Positions 1-11,950 of a stretch of 64,000 nucleotides of DNA are shown one piece after another. A program made the translations under genes and the position numbers. This stretch comes from Felis catus (Eukaryota): assembly GCF_018350175.1 (NCBI RefSeq), contig NC_058368.1:68946001-69010000 (forward strand). The letters run 5' to 3'. How positions within the stretch are numbered: position 1 is the stretch's first letter; each line of letters begins with the position of its first letter. The notes under the pieces are model-generated. The model worked only from the letters and a program-made list of their open reading frames with translations. It ran no database searches and was not told the DNA's origin.

Positions 1-1650
1 TGGCTGACGGGTGGGCATCACGTGGTATGAAGCGGCTCTCTATTGGCCGAGAATGGTACCATGGGGTACAGAAACGTGATCTGGTTGGTTGGAATGAATC
101 CCAGCTTCCTACTAGGTGCCCCAGCTAGCTGTTGCTATGAGGTGGCCCTGGGCCTTCTTTTGCGGCTTGGAGCTCTGTTCTCCCGGTTTTCCAGGCGCCC
201 GTAGCTGAGAGGGCGTGGGAAGAGCTCGACACCAGTCCGGCGCTGGAGAAGGGCGGGGCTAGGGGCGGTGGGCGGGACTCCGGCGACGTAACCGGGCGTG
301 GGCCTGACTTCCGCGGAGTCGCCTTTGCCGCCTCGGGCAGTGGCTTTGGGGGCCTTATGTCCTCTCCTTCAGTGTTCTGATGCTTAAAAAAAGGCTCACT
401 CCGTTGTATTTATCTGCGCCCTCTTAAAAAAGCTTCTCTTTATGTTTATACAGGAAAACACCGAAGCCCTCAGGGGTACAGAGAGACTGGGTGGTGTCAA
501 GCAAAATCCCTAATACCTCCTTTTGGTCCTTGCCCGTTTCTTCTTTTCACTCTCAGCCTCAGGTTAAAGCCTGCAGACTGCTCTGGCCCCGCTAACATCT
601 TGCCTCCGCCCCAATGCCAAGCGTGGGATTCTCAAGTTGACCAGGTTCCCGGCTCAGGCCGACGAACTACGCATGCTCAGTACGCAGGCCCTGGGGTTCG
701 ACGGGGCGTGCGGGGTAAGGTGCTGTTGGGTGGCAGAGGAGGTTGTTTATCTAAGCGCGAGCCGAGGCTTCCGCACCGCGCAGTCTCCCGGGAGCGCGCG
801 CGGCCGGTCGCCTAGGCGACGGGGAGCAGGGGCGGGGCTGCGCCGCGGAGCCCCGCCTCCTGCCGCCGGGCCCCGCCCCCGGCAGCGCTGCGGCTCCCGC
901 TCGGGCGCGCGCTCCGGCGCCCGAGGAAGCGGCGGCGGCGGCGGGCGGGGAGCTGGGCGTGGAGGCGCGAGGGGCGGGGCGGGCGGGTGGCACTGCGGGC
1001 CCGCGGCTCGGGCGGCTCCGGTGGCTCCGGCGGCTCCCGCTCGCAGCTCGTGCTTAGTGCCTGCCGGCGCCCGCGGGCCGGATTGCCGCCCTGCTCGGCC
1101 CATGCCCAGGGCTACTGCTCCCTCCGCCGGCGCCCGGGGGGCCGCGGCGGCCGTGAGGTGGGGGCGGCCGCGGGAGGCGGCGGGGCCGGCCGCCGGCGCA
1201 GGGTCCGGGGGCGCAGCGCGGCGGGCGTAGGTCTATGTCGCGGGCGGCGGCGGCGGCGGCGGCCGCGGAGGGACGATGCGCGAGTACAAAGTGGTGGTGC
1301 TGGGCTCGGGCGGGGTCGGCAAATCCGCCCTGACCGTGCAGTTCGTGACCGGCACCTTCATCGAGAAATACGACCCCACCATCGAGGACTTCTACCGCAA
1401 GGAGATCGAGGTGGACTCGTCGCCGTCGGTGCTGGAGATCCTGGACACGGCGGGCACCGAGCAGTTCGCGTCCATGCGGGACCTGTACATCAAGAACGGC
1501 CAGGGCTTCATCCTCGTCTACAGCCTCGTCAACCAGCAGAGCTTCCAGGATATCAAGCCCATGCGGGACCAGATCATCCGAGTGAAGCGGTGAGAGGGCC
1601 GGGGGCGGGCAGGGGGCTTCGCGATGCGGCCGGCAGCCGACGTCCCGGGG
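1..1650. promoter_or_regulatory. CpG island / RAP2A promoter and 5'UTR
   Basis: Very GC- and CpG-rich, especially 640-1650; GC boxes (GGGCGGGG near 251-275), E-box CACGTG at 19-24, ATTGG (CCAAT reverse) at 42-46, GGC repeats at ~928-943 and ~1243-1263. Exact TSS not determinable. Confidence 0.85.
1276..1589 (+). CDS. RAP2A: Ras-related protein Rap-2a, coding exon 1 (aa 1-105, phase-2 donor CG|gtgaga)
   Basis: [38 protein letters not shown]...DTAGTEQF: P-loop, switch I and the Rap-specific DTAGTE; GT donor at 1590. Confidence 0.98.
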
Positions 1651-4209
1651 CCAGTACTCCCCAGTGCTCTGGGTGGCTGTGGGCAGGGGGAGCTGTCTAG
1701 GGAGATGGCTCTGGGGTCTCATGCTCTATAATAATATGTGGGGGGTTTGCCAGCATCACCACCACCATCATCTTGAATCTTAAATTTGAGTGCTTTGTTT
1801 CACAACTCAAATTTGGCATCCCGTGAACCCACAGCCCAGCTCTTTGTCTCTTGGATATTGTTAGTAGCACTTGTACAGAAACCCAAAGGAAACAAAGTTT
1901 AAAACTTGCAGGGGGAGAAAAGGGTTGGGCAGGTCTGTACTGGGAAGAGGGGAGCTGTGCAGACAAAATGTGGAGACATTTTCAGATTGAGCAACAACAA
2001 AAAATCTACCTTTGCAATATTTGACAGCAAAAATTGCTCACGCATATACGGCAAAAAATGTCAAGTCCAGAGGACAGAGACCTTTCTCGTCTCTTAAAAG
2101 ATCGAGTGGTGCCAAGGCGTTTTACAAAAATGAACTCTGCAATTAAGATGAAACTTTGAAGACGTTATTAAATTATTTGAAGACATCGTAACAGCTCAGT
2201 GAGATTGAGAGTTATTAGCATATAGGAGCACAAATATGCCATTCACATTAAAGAATGTGGCTTAACTTTTTTTTTTTAATCCAACTGCCTTACCCCCCCT
2301 AAGAAAGGAAAAGAAAGGAAGAAAGAAAGAAAAGGAAGTGAAAAAAGCATTCCTAGAAACAAAACAGAAGTTTCTTCAAAGGTGTAACTCAAGTATTAGC
2401 TAATTTAAAGTTAATGCAAGTAAGCTTTTTCCTGATATGAACTCTTTTTTTAAGCATGCATTTTGAAAATACGGTTGGTAGCTTAAATGGTTTCGAGTAT
2501 TTGTTTTCTCTTATGTTAACTGACTATATATTTTCCTAGAATTTCCAGCATCAGAAAGATAATAATATCTTAGTTCAAGGTTTTAGCAAATTTTTCTAAT
2601 TACTAGTTACACATTATTATTTTGTCTGATTCTTATTAATAATTGCTAATAATTTTGATTTAGTGTGATTTTTTTCCCTACCTAATTCTAGCTGTAGCTC
2701 CACATTTGAAGACACTTACTGAAAGGTAGTTGTAAGTATACTGTAGATATAATCACATTTCAAGTCAGTCTGAAAGAGCAAAGCCCAAGTCACGTGTGTT
2801 CAGTGGGTACTCAAAAATTCATTACAAGACGTGGATTTTTAATGCAACATATGAAATCACAGGGGATTTTTAATGCAACATATGTCCCCATCCCCCTGTT
2901 AACTCATTGCACATGCACTTTAATAGCTAAACTAAAATGTTGTATATTAGTTTCTTCTGTTAAATTTCAAACTTTTGAATAAAGTGAATATTTTCATGGC
3001 TCCTCTTGCTATTCTAAGATCTTCAAATCTGATAGCTTTTTACTTCTCCAGTCTCATTTTCTTAGAGTTAACTGCTATAGGAAACAAATGAACAGTTTTG
3101 GTGCTAAATTTAATAGGTGTCTGACTCTTAAGGGGCTATGTTGAAGTGACTCAAATCCTGAATTAATACTTCCCCCATACTACTAAAAACAACAACAACA
3201 ATACAGAACAGGGCAGTCTGATACATTGTCACATGGCGGTCTTAAGCCATAAACATATGTCAAATAGTAAAGTAAATGCCCCAACTGCTCCATATTTAAA
3301 TGTATACTAATGTATACATTTAAACGTATACATATAACTCAGACATTGATAAAGTCACATACAAAGGACAAACTTCTTGACAAAAGCCTAGGAGACAGAA
3401 TATGGTAACATATCCTTAGTTTTGTCCACATAATTTTGTAGTTTCTTATGATTTAGTGGAGATTACTAATAGCAGGCTAGTCTAAATTTGGTATACTGAA
3501 CAATTTATTTGTTTGCCTATGAAAAGAGGAAAATTCTACTTGCCCAGATGTCTTTTTACTCACTAGTCTCAGTTCTTGATGTAAAAAGACCAGGGATCAG
3601 CTGAAGTAGAGTTCATAAACTCTTTTCACTGGAATTCGTCCATTGTATCTGTGAGGGCCCCGTGGACCCTTCTGTGTCCTCACATTTTATACCTCATCCT
3701 AACTTTATCATCTGGCCCCCCAGCCTAGAACATATTCTAAATAACTTACATAGAAAGAAAGAATCTGTGTATATTATATATATTTCAGTACAGTGTATAA
3801 TGCATATATTATGCTAAAGCAGGCATTAAATGTGCTAGTTATTTAACTCTTCCCACTTAAAGAGAATAAAATATGATTTTCAAATAAGTGAACTTTCTAC
3901 TCTTTTGGGAAATCCATTTTTAAATTAACTAGTTGTTATAGGAAGTATTCAGTAAGTGTTCCCTCCCTTCTGCCCACTAGCTGCTTTACATAATTACATA
4001 CAACAGTTGTTTGGGGATATTTAATACCACCATAATGCCAGTGACAAAGGTGAAGTGCAGAGATGTTGGGTCTTTTACCCAAGACTAGTCATTGATGGAG
4101 GGATTTAAACCGAGTTCTGTTAGAATCCATATACTCTTTTCTTCTATACCGGGCTGCCTTTGAACTTGTTGTTTACTGACAAATTCAGTATCCAGCTTTT
4201 GGTCCAGGC

Positions 4210-4515
4210 TGGCACCGTTCAATACAAGTATAATGTGAGCCACACATGTAATTTAAAAATTTCTAGTAGCTTATTTTTTTTAAAGTACAGCAGATAAAAT
4301 TAATCTTAATAATGCGTTTTATTTAACACACTATGTAAAATATTGCCATTTTAACATGTAATCAGTATTCAAAAATTGAGAAATCTTACTTTTTATGCTA
4401 AATTTTCGAAATCTGGTGTGTAATTTACACTCACAGCACATCTTAATTCAGACTAGCCGTATTTCAGGTGCTTAGTAGCCACATGTGGCTGCAGACTACC
4501 ATACTGACAACACAG
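4210..4515 (+). mobile_element. hAT-Charlie DNA transposon relic, MER33-like
   Basis: aatacaagtataatgtgagccacacatgtaatttaaaaatttctagtagc ... gtagccacatgtggct resembles the MER33 consensus as recalled. Confidence 0.7.
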
Positions 4516-5899
4516 GTGTAAGGTGTATATATTGTAGGGAAACAATAAGCCTCGGTTTTCTTATCTGTGAGATAGATGTGCGTTTCAAAGTCTTTATTAG
4601 GATTAAATGAGATAACCCATTTTCAGGTGTCTAGCACAATACCTTGAACAGAGAAATCACTCCAAAATTCCACCTGTTCTTTTATTAATAACGTTGTCAC
4701 CCAACCTTCTTTAAATTTTATCCTTGATATAAATGTAATTTTAGAGGAAATAAATTGTGAGTGCATTTTGAAATTCATTACCTGGTGTAGACAAGATGAG
4801 AACAAAAAGCAATGGGGATTAAAACAACACCTTGAAAAAATTTTGTTGGTATATTCTCAAAATATTTTCCCTTATTAATGGCTTTATGGGAAAGGGGAAG
4901 AGAATGAAGATTTAACTTCAAGTGTAGCACCAATTCATGGCCAGATAGTGAAATAGAGCTTTTTATTGGACTGTCCTTGTATGGAGTATTGGGCTTTTAG
5001 AAAATGTCAAACAAGCCTGTACTGCCTTAAGTGTTGACAGGTGCAGAGACATTCATATCCATACACTACCTCCTGTCCGAGCCAAGGGGACCAACTAAAA
5101 AATGGCCGTATTTATAAATTCACGTGCTTTCCTTTTTTGACCTGAGTTCCCTTTTTTGACATGACTTCAGATGAGAACACACACTCCAGGAAGTGTGATA
5201 GGGATACAGAAGATGTTTCAATTGAAATAAAACTAGTAGAATTTTTTCTGATTTCAAGTTGCTTTTCCCATGCCTCCTAGGGTAAGCCATCGTCCTGACT
5301 TGAAGTATCTTGGAACATGCTGTCCCAGGCCTATTGTTCTTAGAATAAAGCCCAGGAATCCTCACATGATCTTCCCAGGTGCAGTGTGCTCCTGCCCATC
5401 CCTGCCTTTCTGGCCTCACCTTGTGCAGTCTTCCTTGTCCCTTAGCTCTCAGCACCCCCACCTTCTTTTAGTTCCTTGGAAGTGCTTGCCTGGGCTTCCC
5501 TTCTACATGTAGCAATCATTTACCTTGTGCAGTTAATTCCTACTCACTTTCACCCTTACTTAAAAGATTTCTTCCTCCTCAGGGAAGCCTTCTTCGTCTT
5601 CCCAAACTGAGTTAACTCCTTCACACACAAGGTTAACCTCATGCCTCACTCCTTCCCTGAACCGTCATACTTCAGACATAAGTGGCATGCTGTACTCCCC
5701 CTTCTCATAGCACTCACCGAAGCCTAGCTATTTGTGTGATAATAGACATGCAATCAGTCTTTCTCATTAAACTCTCATTCTGTGTGGCCAGTGCAGCTCC
5801 TGGCACAGAGGAAACACTCAGGAAAAATGTATTGGAAAAAAACAGTATTTAGAAATAAAAGTGTTTTTATTGTCCTTTGGCCTCAGTTTCTCTAGACAG

Positions 5900-6127
5900 T
5901 TTTTTTTGTTTTGTTTTGTTTAGTTTTATTTATTTTTATTTTGAGAGAGAGAAAGAGGGCATACAGGGGAGGGGCAGAGAGAGGGAGAAAATCCCAAGGG
6001 AGAGAGAGGGCTCCCACACTGTGAGCAGAGAGCCTAACACGGGGCTCAAACTCACAAACTGTGAGATCATGACCTGAGCTGAAATCAAGAGTCGGACGCT
6101 TAACCAATTGAGCCACCCAGGCGCCCC
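5900..6127 (-). mobile_element. Can-SINE (tRNA-derived)
   Basis: Reverse-complement head ...gagccacccaggcgcccc, (GA)n and T-rich tail. Confidence 0.92.
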
Positions 6128-8643
6128 TCCCCAAACATTTTACTTTTATAGATGGAGGAGACGATTCTTCGAAGTCCACTTTGCAGATGAAGTAGATGAT
6201 CTCCCTTCAGCTCTAATATTCTGTAACGGCACTTGTATCTAGTTAGGGTGACACGGAAAGGGTGAAGTTTAATAAGAACCTTGAAGAATCAGGAGGACAA
6301 AGTCTTCCGGAAGTGGCATGTGAAATGCATAGAATATGTTTACTGGCTGTTAAATAGACTAAATTGGCTAAACTAGGAATTCATATAGAAGTGTGAAAGG
6401 AGGTAAGGCTAAAAAAATGTAAAGCTAAGTTACAGAAGATTGAAGACTTTGGACTTGATCTTGTAGTGAAGGACCATGATCAAAATTGGTATAAAAAATG
6501 GTAACATGGAGGTGATGTGATTGACCGCTTAGTGGCGATAGACCAGAGTCAGAAGGAATAGTCGTGCAATATTGTGATAATCTAGTTTCTGTGCCAAGTA
6601 GAAAGATTCTGTCTTTCTTTCATGGAGGGATAGCTGGGGGAGATGATTTCAACATTGGACATGGCAGTCATCCATATAGATGCACCTAATAAGTAATTAG
6701 AATATTTGGATAAAGCCTGAAAGATCTGTTCCCGTTATCTATGAATATAAAGACTCAGGGTCATCCCTGTGGTTCAGATGTGGAGAGTAGATGAAACCTC
6801 CTGGGTAGAGTATACGTAAAGAGAGAGAAATGAATGGATATGGCCAGGAATAGAAATTGTAAGTGAATATGGCCAAGGATAGAACTTGAAACTTGTAAGA
6901 TATACAGAGGAGACTGCACATTACTAGAGGCTAGAAGGTGTGGGGCGTTTTATGATTGGGAAGAAGAACGGGGAAAGGTGGTTGATTTGTACTACCCAAA
7001 GTAAAAATTTTTTTCTATATTTTTACTATTTTACTACTTTTTATTATTTTACTATTATTTCTAATATTTACTAATATTTTTATATCATTTAAGTGATCGT
7101 TTTTAAGTGACCCAGCTGATAGTTTGCACTCTTCCTCTTCACAATAAGTAGCTATAAAAACCTTCTCTAAAGCAGAAGCTGGTTGTCAGTTTCTACACAT
7201 AAATCTTGACCCATGACAGGTTGGTGTTGTAGAGCCGAAACCAGGGACTTGGGACTTGTTCGTCCCAAGTAAGTGACATTTCTAGAGTCGGCTACCATTC
7301 TTTACTGTACAAACACATCCTTCCCCAGTTTGATACCTCCAGTAACCAAAATTATAATTGAAAGTTTGGCCTCCAAGGTACAGAGCCTAGAAGCCATGCA
7401 TCACTTTTTATAGCCCCAAGCGTTGTTTTCCTGGAAGCGAAACTTGTTTTTGCTGCATTGTAAAATTAGAACATTACAATATTGTAGTTTTCTCCTTGCC
7501 ATCCCAGGACTGGAATTTTTTAAGTTCACTTTGCAGATGGAGCAGATGATCTCCCTTTGGCTCTAACATTCTGTTGGTTCTTCTCTCTAGTGGACGTGGT
7601 GAGGGAAGAGGCACAGTTTAATATGAACCTTAAAGAATCAGCAGCCCATGACCTGCAAGTCTTGTCTGGTTAAGATTTGGTGACAGTTGTGTCAATGAAA
7701 TCTGTAATCAGAGAGATCATTATTATAATTTTTTTTTAAGGGAGAGGGGTCAAAAGTAATTTAAGTAGCCAGCCAACCATTCTACTGCACACAGACAAAA
7801 GATACCACTGTCCCTGCATATTGGTAAGTCCTCTGACAAGAACAAACGGATGATTTGACCACCGACCACTGAATGAGAAATACTCTGGTCACCAGGCAAG
7901 TGGATGATGTTGACTTTCTAGTGTTCCTTTAGGAAAAGATCAGGTAATGAATAGGGTCACTAAGGAGGAGGTGGAGGAACTGATAAGATAGTTCTAGATG
8001 ACTCAACCAATAGGCAGAGCCAACGAGGCTGGAATCTTTTTATTTGTTAAAGTTTTTCAGTTAGTAATACACTTGAGTGTTTTCTCTGTGTCCTCTTCCA
8101 GGAAATTATATGTGGCACACTACAATGCATAGATTATACATTTACACATATTTCTAAGCAATGAAGTTGACATAAAGGCATGTATATCATACTTAACTCA
8201 AGAGATTTTTTTTCAAGGATAATTCTTATGTTACACAGTTTTTTTTCTTGGCCATTGTCTTCAAACCTAAGCCCCTGGGGAAGGATGTGTGATTCCACTC
8301 TTAAGGGGGTTTTTTTGCTTCTGTTTTGACTTTTCCTTGTTATCTGTTTCTCTCCATCTGTTCTTACCTACTATTTTCATATATACTTATATTTTTCTGG
8401 CCTACAGAATAAAAAGAATTCTAAGTATGCTAATTTTTTTTTGGAAAAATATTTCAGTTTGGATATGAGTAGATTCTAACGAGATACAAATGATAGAGAC
8501 AGAATAGTTACAAAAGTATAAATGTAGAGATATTTCTGTAAGAAATGCATCATGAAATTTTAATAGCATGCAGAAATACACCATATATATTTGCCTTTTT
8601 GTTACTTTGACAGCTGTGCTTATTATATTAAAAATTATTCTCA

Positions 8644-8860
8644 GGGGCACCTGGGTGGCCCAGTTGGTTGAGAACCGACTCTTGATTTCAGCTCTGGTCA
8701 TGATCTCATGGTCCTGGGATAGAGACCCTGCATACGGCTCTGAGCTTTCAGTACAGAGCCTGCTTGGGATTCTCTCGCTCCCTCCCTCTCTGTCCCTCCC
8801 CTGTTCGGGCATGCTCACACATGCTTGCTCTCTCCCCCCAAAAATAAATACACTTAAAAA
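8644..8860 (+). mobile_element. Can-SINE
   Basis: ggggcacctgggtggc head, CT tract, A tail; TSD aaaaattatt(c/g)tca. Confidence 0.92.
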
Positions 8861-9140
8861 AATTATTGTCAGCCTGACAGAGAAGTTAAAACATACCTTT
8901 ATGCTTTACCAGATCAAATTGTGCCTTTTGGGGGAATAATACCAATAATGGTAATGCTATGACTTTAGATGACTGCATTTCAATAAAGTATATAAGTTAG
9001 ATATAAACATATGGGTAAAGTTTTAAGATTATCAAAATACCTAAAAATAACATATCTCTAGTCGCAAAGATTTTAACATGGTATGTACTAAATACTCTTT
9101 GAATAGATTTAACTGTAAACCTCCAAAAGATTGAAATCTC

Positions 9141-9357
9141 GGGGCGCCTGGGGTAGCTCAGTCAGTTAAGCGTCTAACTTCAGCTCAGGTCATGATCTTG
9201 CGGTTCATGGGTTCAAGCCCCGCATTGGGCTCTGTGCTGACAGCTCAGAGCCTGGAGCCTGCTTCAGATTCTGTGTCTCCCTCTCTCTCTGCCCCTCCCC
9301 TGCTTGCACTCGGTCTCTGTCTCAAAAATGAATAAAAACGTTAAAATTAAAAAAAAA
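9141..9357 (+). mobile_element. Can-SINE (felid type)
   Basis: Full head and tail; perfect TSD aaaagattgaaatctc. Confidence 0.95.
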
Positions 9358-9936
9358 GATTGAAATCTCTTTGGAAATATGGGACCTAATATTCCAACTA
9401 TTTCACCTTTTATTCTTGTAGGAAAACCCTAAAAAAAACAAAAACAAAACACCTACATTAGCCTGATTTTTAATATATTTCAGTTTAAATTAATGGTCAC
9501 AGCTGTGAAATAAAATTTATTTAGGCCTGTGAATCAAAAGAAGATTATTGAGTTTCTGAATCAAATATCAACAGCACATTGTATTGAAGTCTTGGTTTGG
9601 TAAGTCCAATAACAAAGCAACATTGGAGGTCTTTGGAATCTGATGCATTTTGACCTGATGTTGAAAATATTACACATTGCTAAAAACTGTATCTGAATAA
9701 GCTATTTTAAATAGATTACAGTGTGTAAATTAAGTATACTTTGAAATTATACATTCTTTTTACTCAAAATGCTGAAAGATATTCACTGTCAGAATTGGAT
9801 AGTTTGTTGTTTTTGCTTTGTTCTGTTTTTTAGTTTCTCTAATATCTTAATATGTTTAAGGCTTGAAAACATACTAAAATTGATTTCTTAAGGGAAAATA
9901 CAGTGATTTATAATTTTTCTGTTTCTTAAAAATTTT

Positions 9937-10028
9937 TTATAATATATATAATATAATATATAATGTAATATGACTATAATATATAATTTTATAATATATT
10001 TATATAATATATATAAATAAAATAAAAA
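9937..10028. repeat. AT-rich low-complexity (TA-type) repeat
   Basis: tataatatatataatataatata... almost pure A/T. Confidence 0.8.
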
Positions 10029-10124
10029 ATGAGTTATAACTGACAATTTTTTTCACTTAGTGAAATTACACAAGAAAAACATTGTAAACTGTTATTTAAA
10101 ACATTTAGAAGTGTTTGTTACTCC

Positions 10125-10360
10125 TTAAACATGATGATTTGATATGTGTATATATTGCAAAACAATCACTACAGTAAGTTTAATTAACATCCATCACCAC
10201 ATATAGCTGTAATTTTTGTGTGTGTGATGACAGTTTTTACAATTTTCTCTTACCAGCTTTCAAATATAGTTATTCTAACTGTAGTCACCATGCTGTTATA
10301 ACTGGAAATCTGTACGTTTTGACTACCTCTCTCTCTCTCTTTTTCTCATACACATACGCA

Positions 10361-10405
<45 letters not shown>

Positions 10406-10591
10406 TCTGCCAACCATCAATCTGTTCTCTGTATCTATGAGTTCAGGTTTTTGTTTTAAGATTCCACATATAAGTGAAATCATACAGTATTTGTCTTACT
10501 CTGACATACTTCACTTAGCATAATGTCCTCAAGGTCTGTCCATGTTGTTTCAGATGTCAGGATTTCCTTCTTTTTTTGTGGCTGAATAATA

Positions 10592-10640
<49 letters not shown>

Positions 10641-11950
10641 CATACATACATACATACATACATACATACATACCACGTTTTCCCTGTCCATTCATTCATC
10701 GGTGGACACTTGGGTTTCTCCACGTCTTGGCTATTATGCCTCAGTGACCGTGGAAGTGCAGATACCTCTTCAAGACGGTGATTTCGTTTTCTTTGTATAA
10801 ATACCCAGAAGTAGAATTGCTAGATCACATGTAGTTCTAACTTTTTGAGGAACCTCCATACTGTTTTGCATGGTGGCTGTATCAGTTTGCATTCCCACCA
10901 ATAGCGCACAAGGATTCTTTTTCTCCACATCCTTGCCAACATTTGTTATCTCTTGCCGTTTTGATAATTGCCATTCTAACAGGTGCAAGGTGATATCTCA
11001 TGGTGGTTTTGATCTGTATTTCCTTGATGATTAAAGCACCATTTCATATGTTTGTTGGCCATCTGTACATCCTCTTTGGGAAAATGTCCATTCAGATCCT
11101 TTACCCATTTTTTTTTTAATTGAGTTGTTTTGTTTCTATCAAGTTGTATGAGTTCTTTGTATATTTTAGATATTAACCTCTTACCAGATTTATGTTTGAA
11201 AATACTTTCTCCCATTTCATAGATTGCCTTTTCATCTTGTTGATGGTTTTCTATGCTACGCAGAAGCTTTTTAGTTTGATGTGGTCCCATTTATTTATTT
11301 TTCTTTTGTTAACCTTTGCTTTGGTGTGAAATCCCAAAAATCCTTGCCAGAACCAGTCTCAGGGAGTTTACTCTCTATATTTCCTTCAAAGAATTTTATG
11401 GTTTCAGGTCTTCTGTTCAAGTCTTTAATCTATTTGAGTTGATTTTTGTGTATGGTAGAGATACTGATCCAGTGTCATTCTTCTGCATGTGGCTGTCCAG
11501 TTTTTCCAACACTATTTACTGAAGAGGCTATCCTTTCCCCATTGTATAGTTGTGGCTTTTTTTGTTGTGAATTAGTTGACCATGTATGCATATGTTTATT
11601 TCTGGGTTTTCTAGTCTGTTCCATTGATCTCTGTGTCTATTTTTTTATGTCAGTGCCATACAGTTTTGGTTACTGTAGCTTTGGAATGTAGTTTGAAATC
11701 AGGAAGTGTGATACCTCCAGTTTGGCTCTTTCTCAAGATTGCTTTGGCTGTTCAGGGTCTCCTGTGCTTCCACACAAATTTTAGATTTGTTCTATTTCTG
11801 TGAAAAATGGCATTGGATTTGATAGGGATTGCACCGAATCTGTAGATTGCTGTGAGCAGTACGGATATCTTAACAGTATTGTTTCAATTCACAAGCATGG
11901 AGTGTTTTCCCCGTTTATTTGTGTCTTCAGTTTCTTTCGTCAGTAGCTTA
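10125..11950 (-). mobile_element. LINE-1 3' fragment (ORF2 C-terminus + 3'UTR), degenerate, with internal (CA)n, (TG)n and (TACA)n
   Basis: Minus ORFs give L1 ORF2-like peptides ([47 protein letters not shown]). Confidence 0.92.

Noticed and set aside
600..1722. Long GC-rich ORFs on both strands (197, 237, 222 aa)
   Set aside because: Stop-poor CpG-island sequence and shadows of the RAP2A CDS; low-complexity G/A/R/P products.
7782..7926. Minus-strand AG-led frame NTRKSTSSTCLV...VCSCQRTYQYAGTVVSFVCVQ*
   Set aside because: Vaguely EGF-like but lies beyond the proposed antisense poly(A) site and has no clear donor; could be chance.
9141..9230. tRNA-like A/B boxes in SINE heads
   Set aside because: Part of tRNA-derived SINEs, not tRNA genes.
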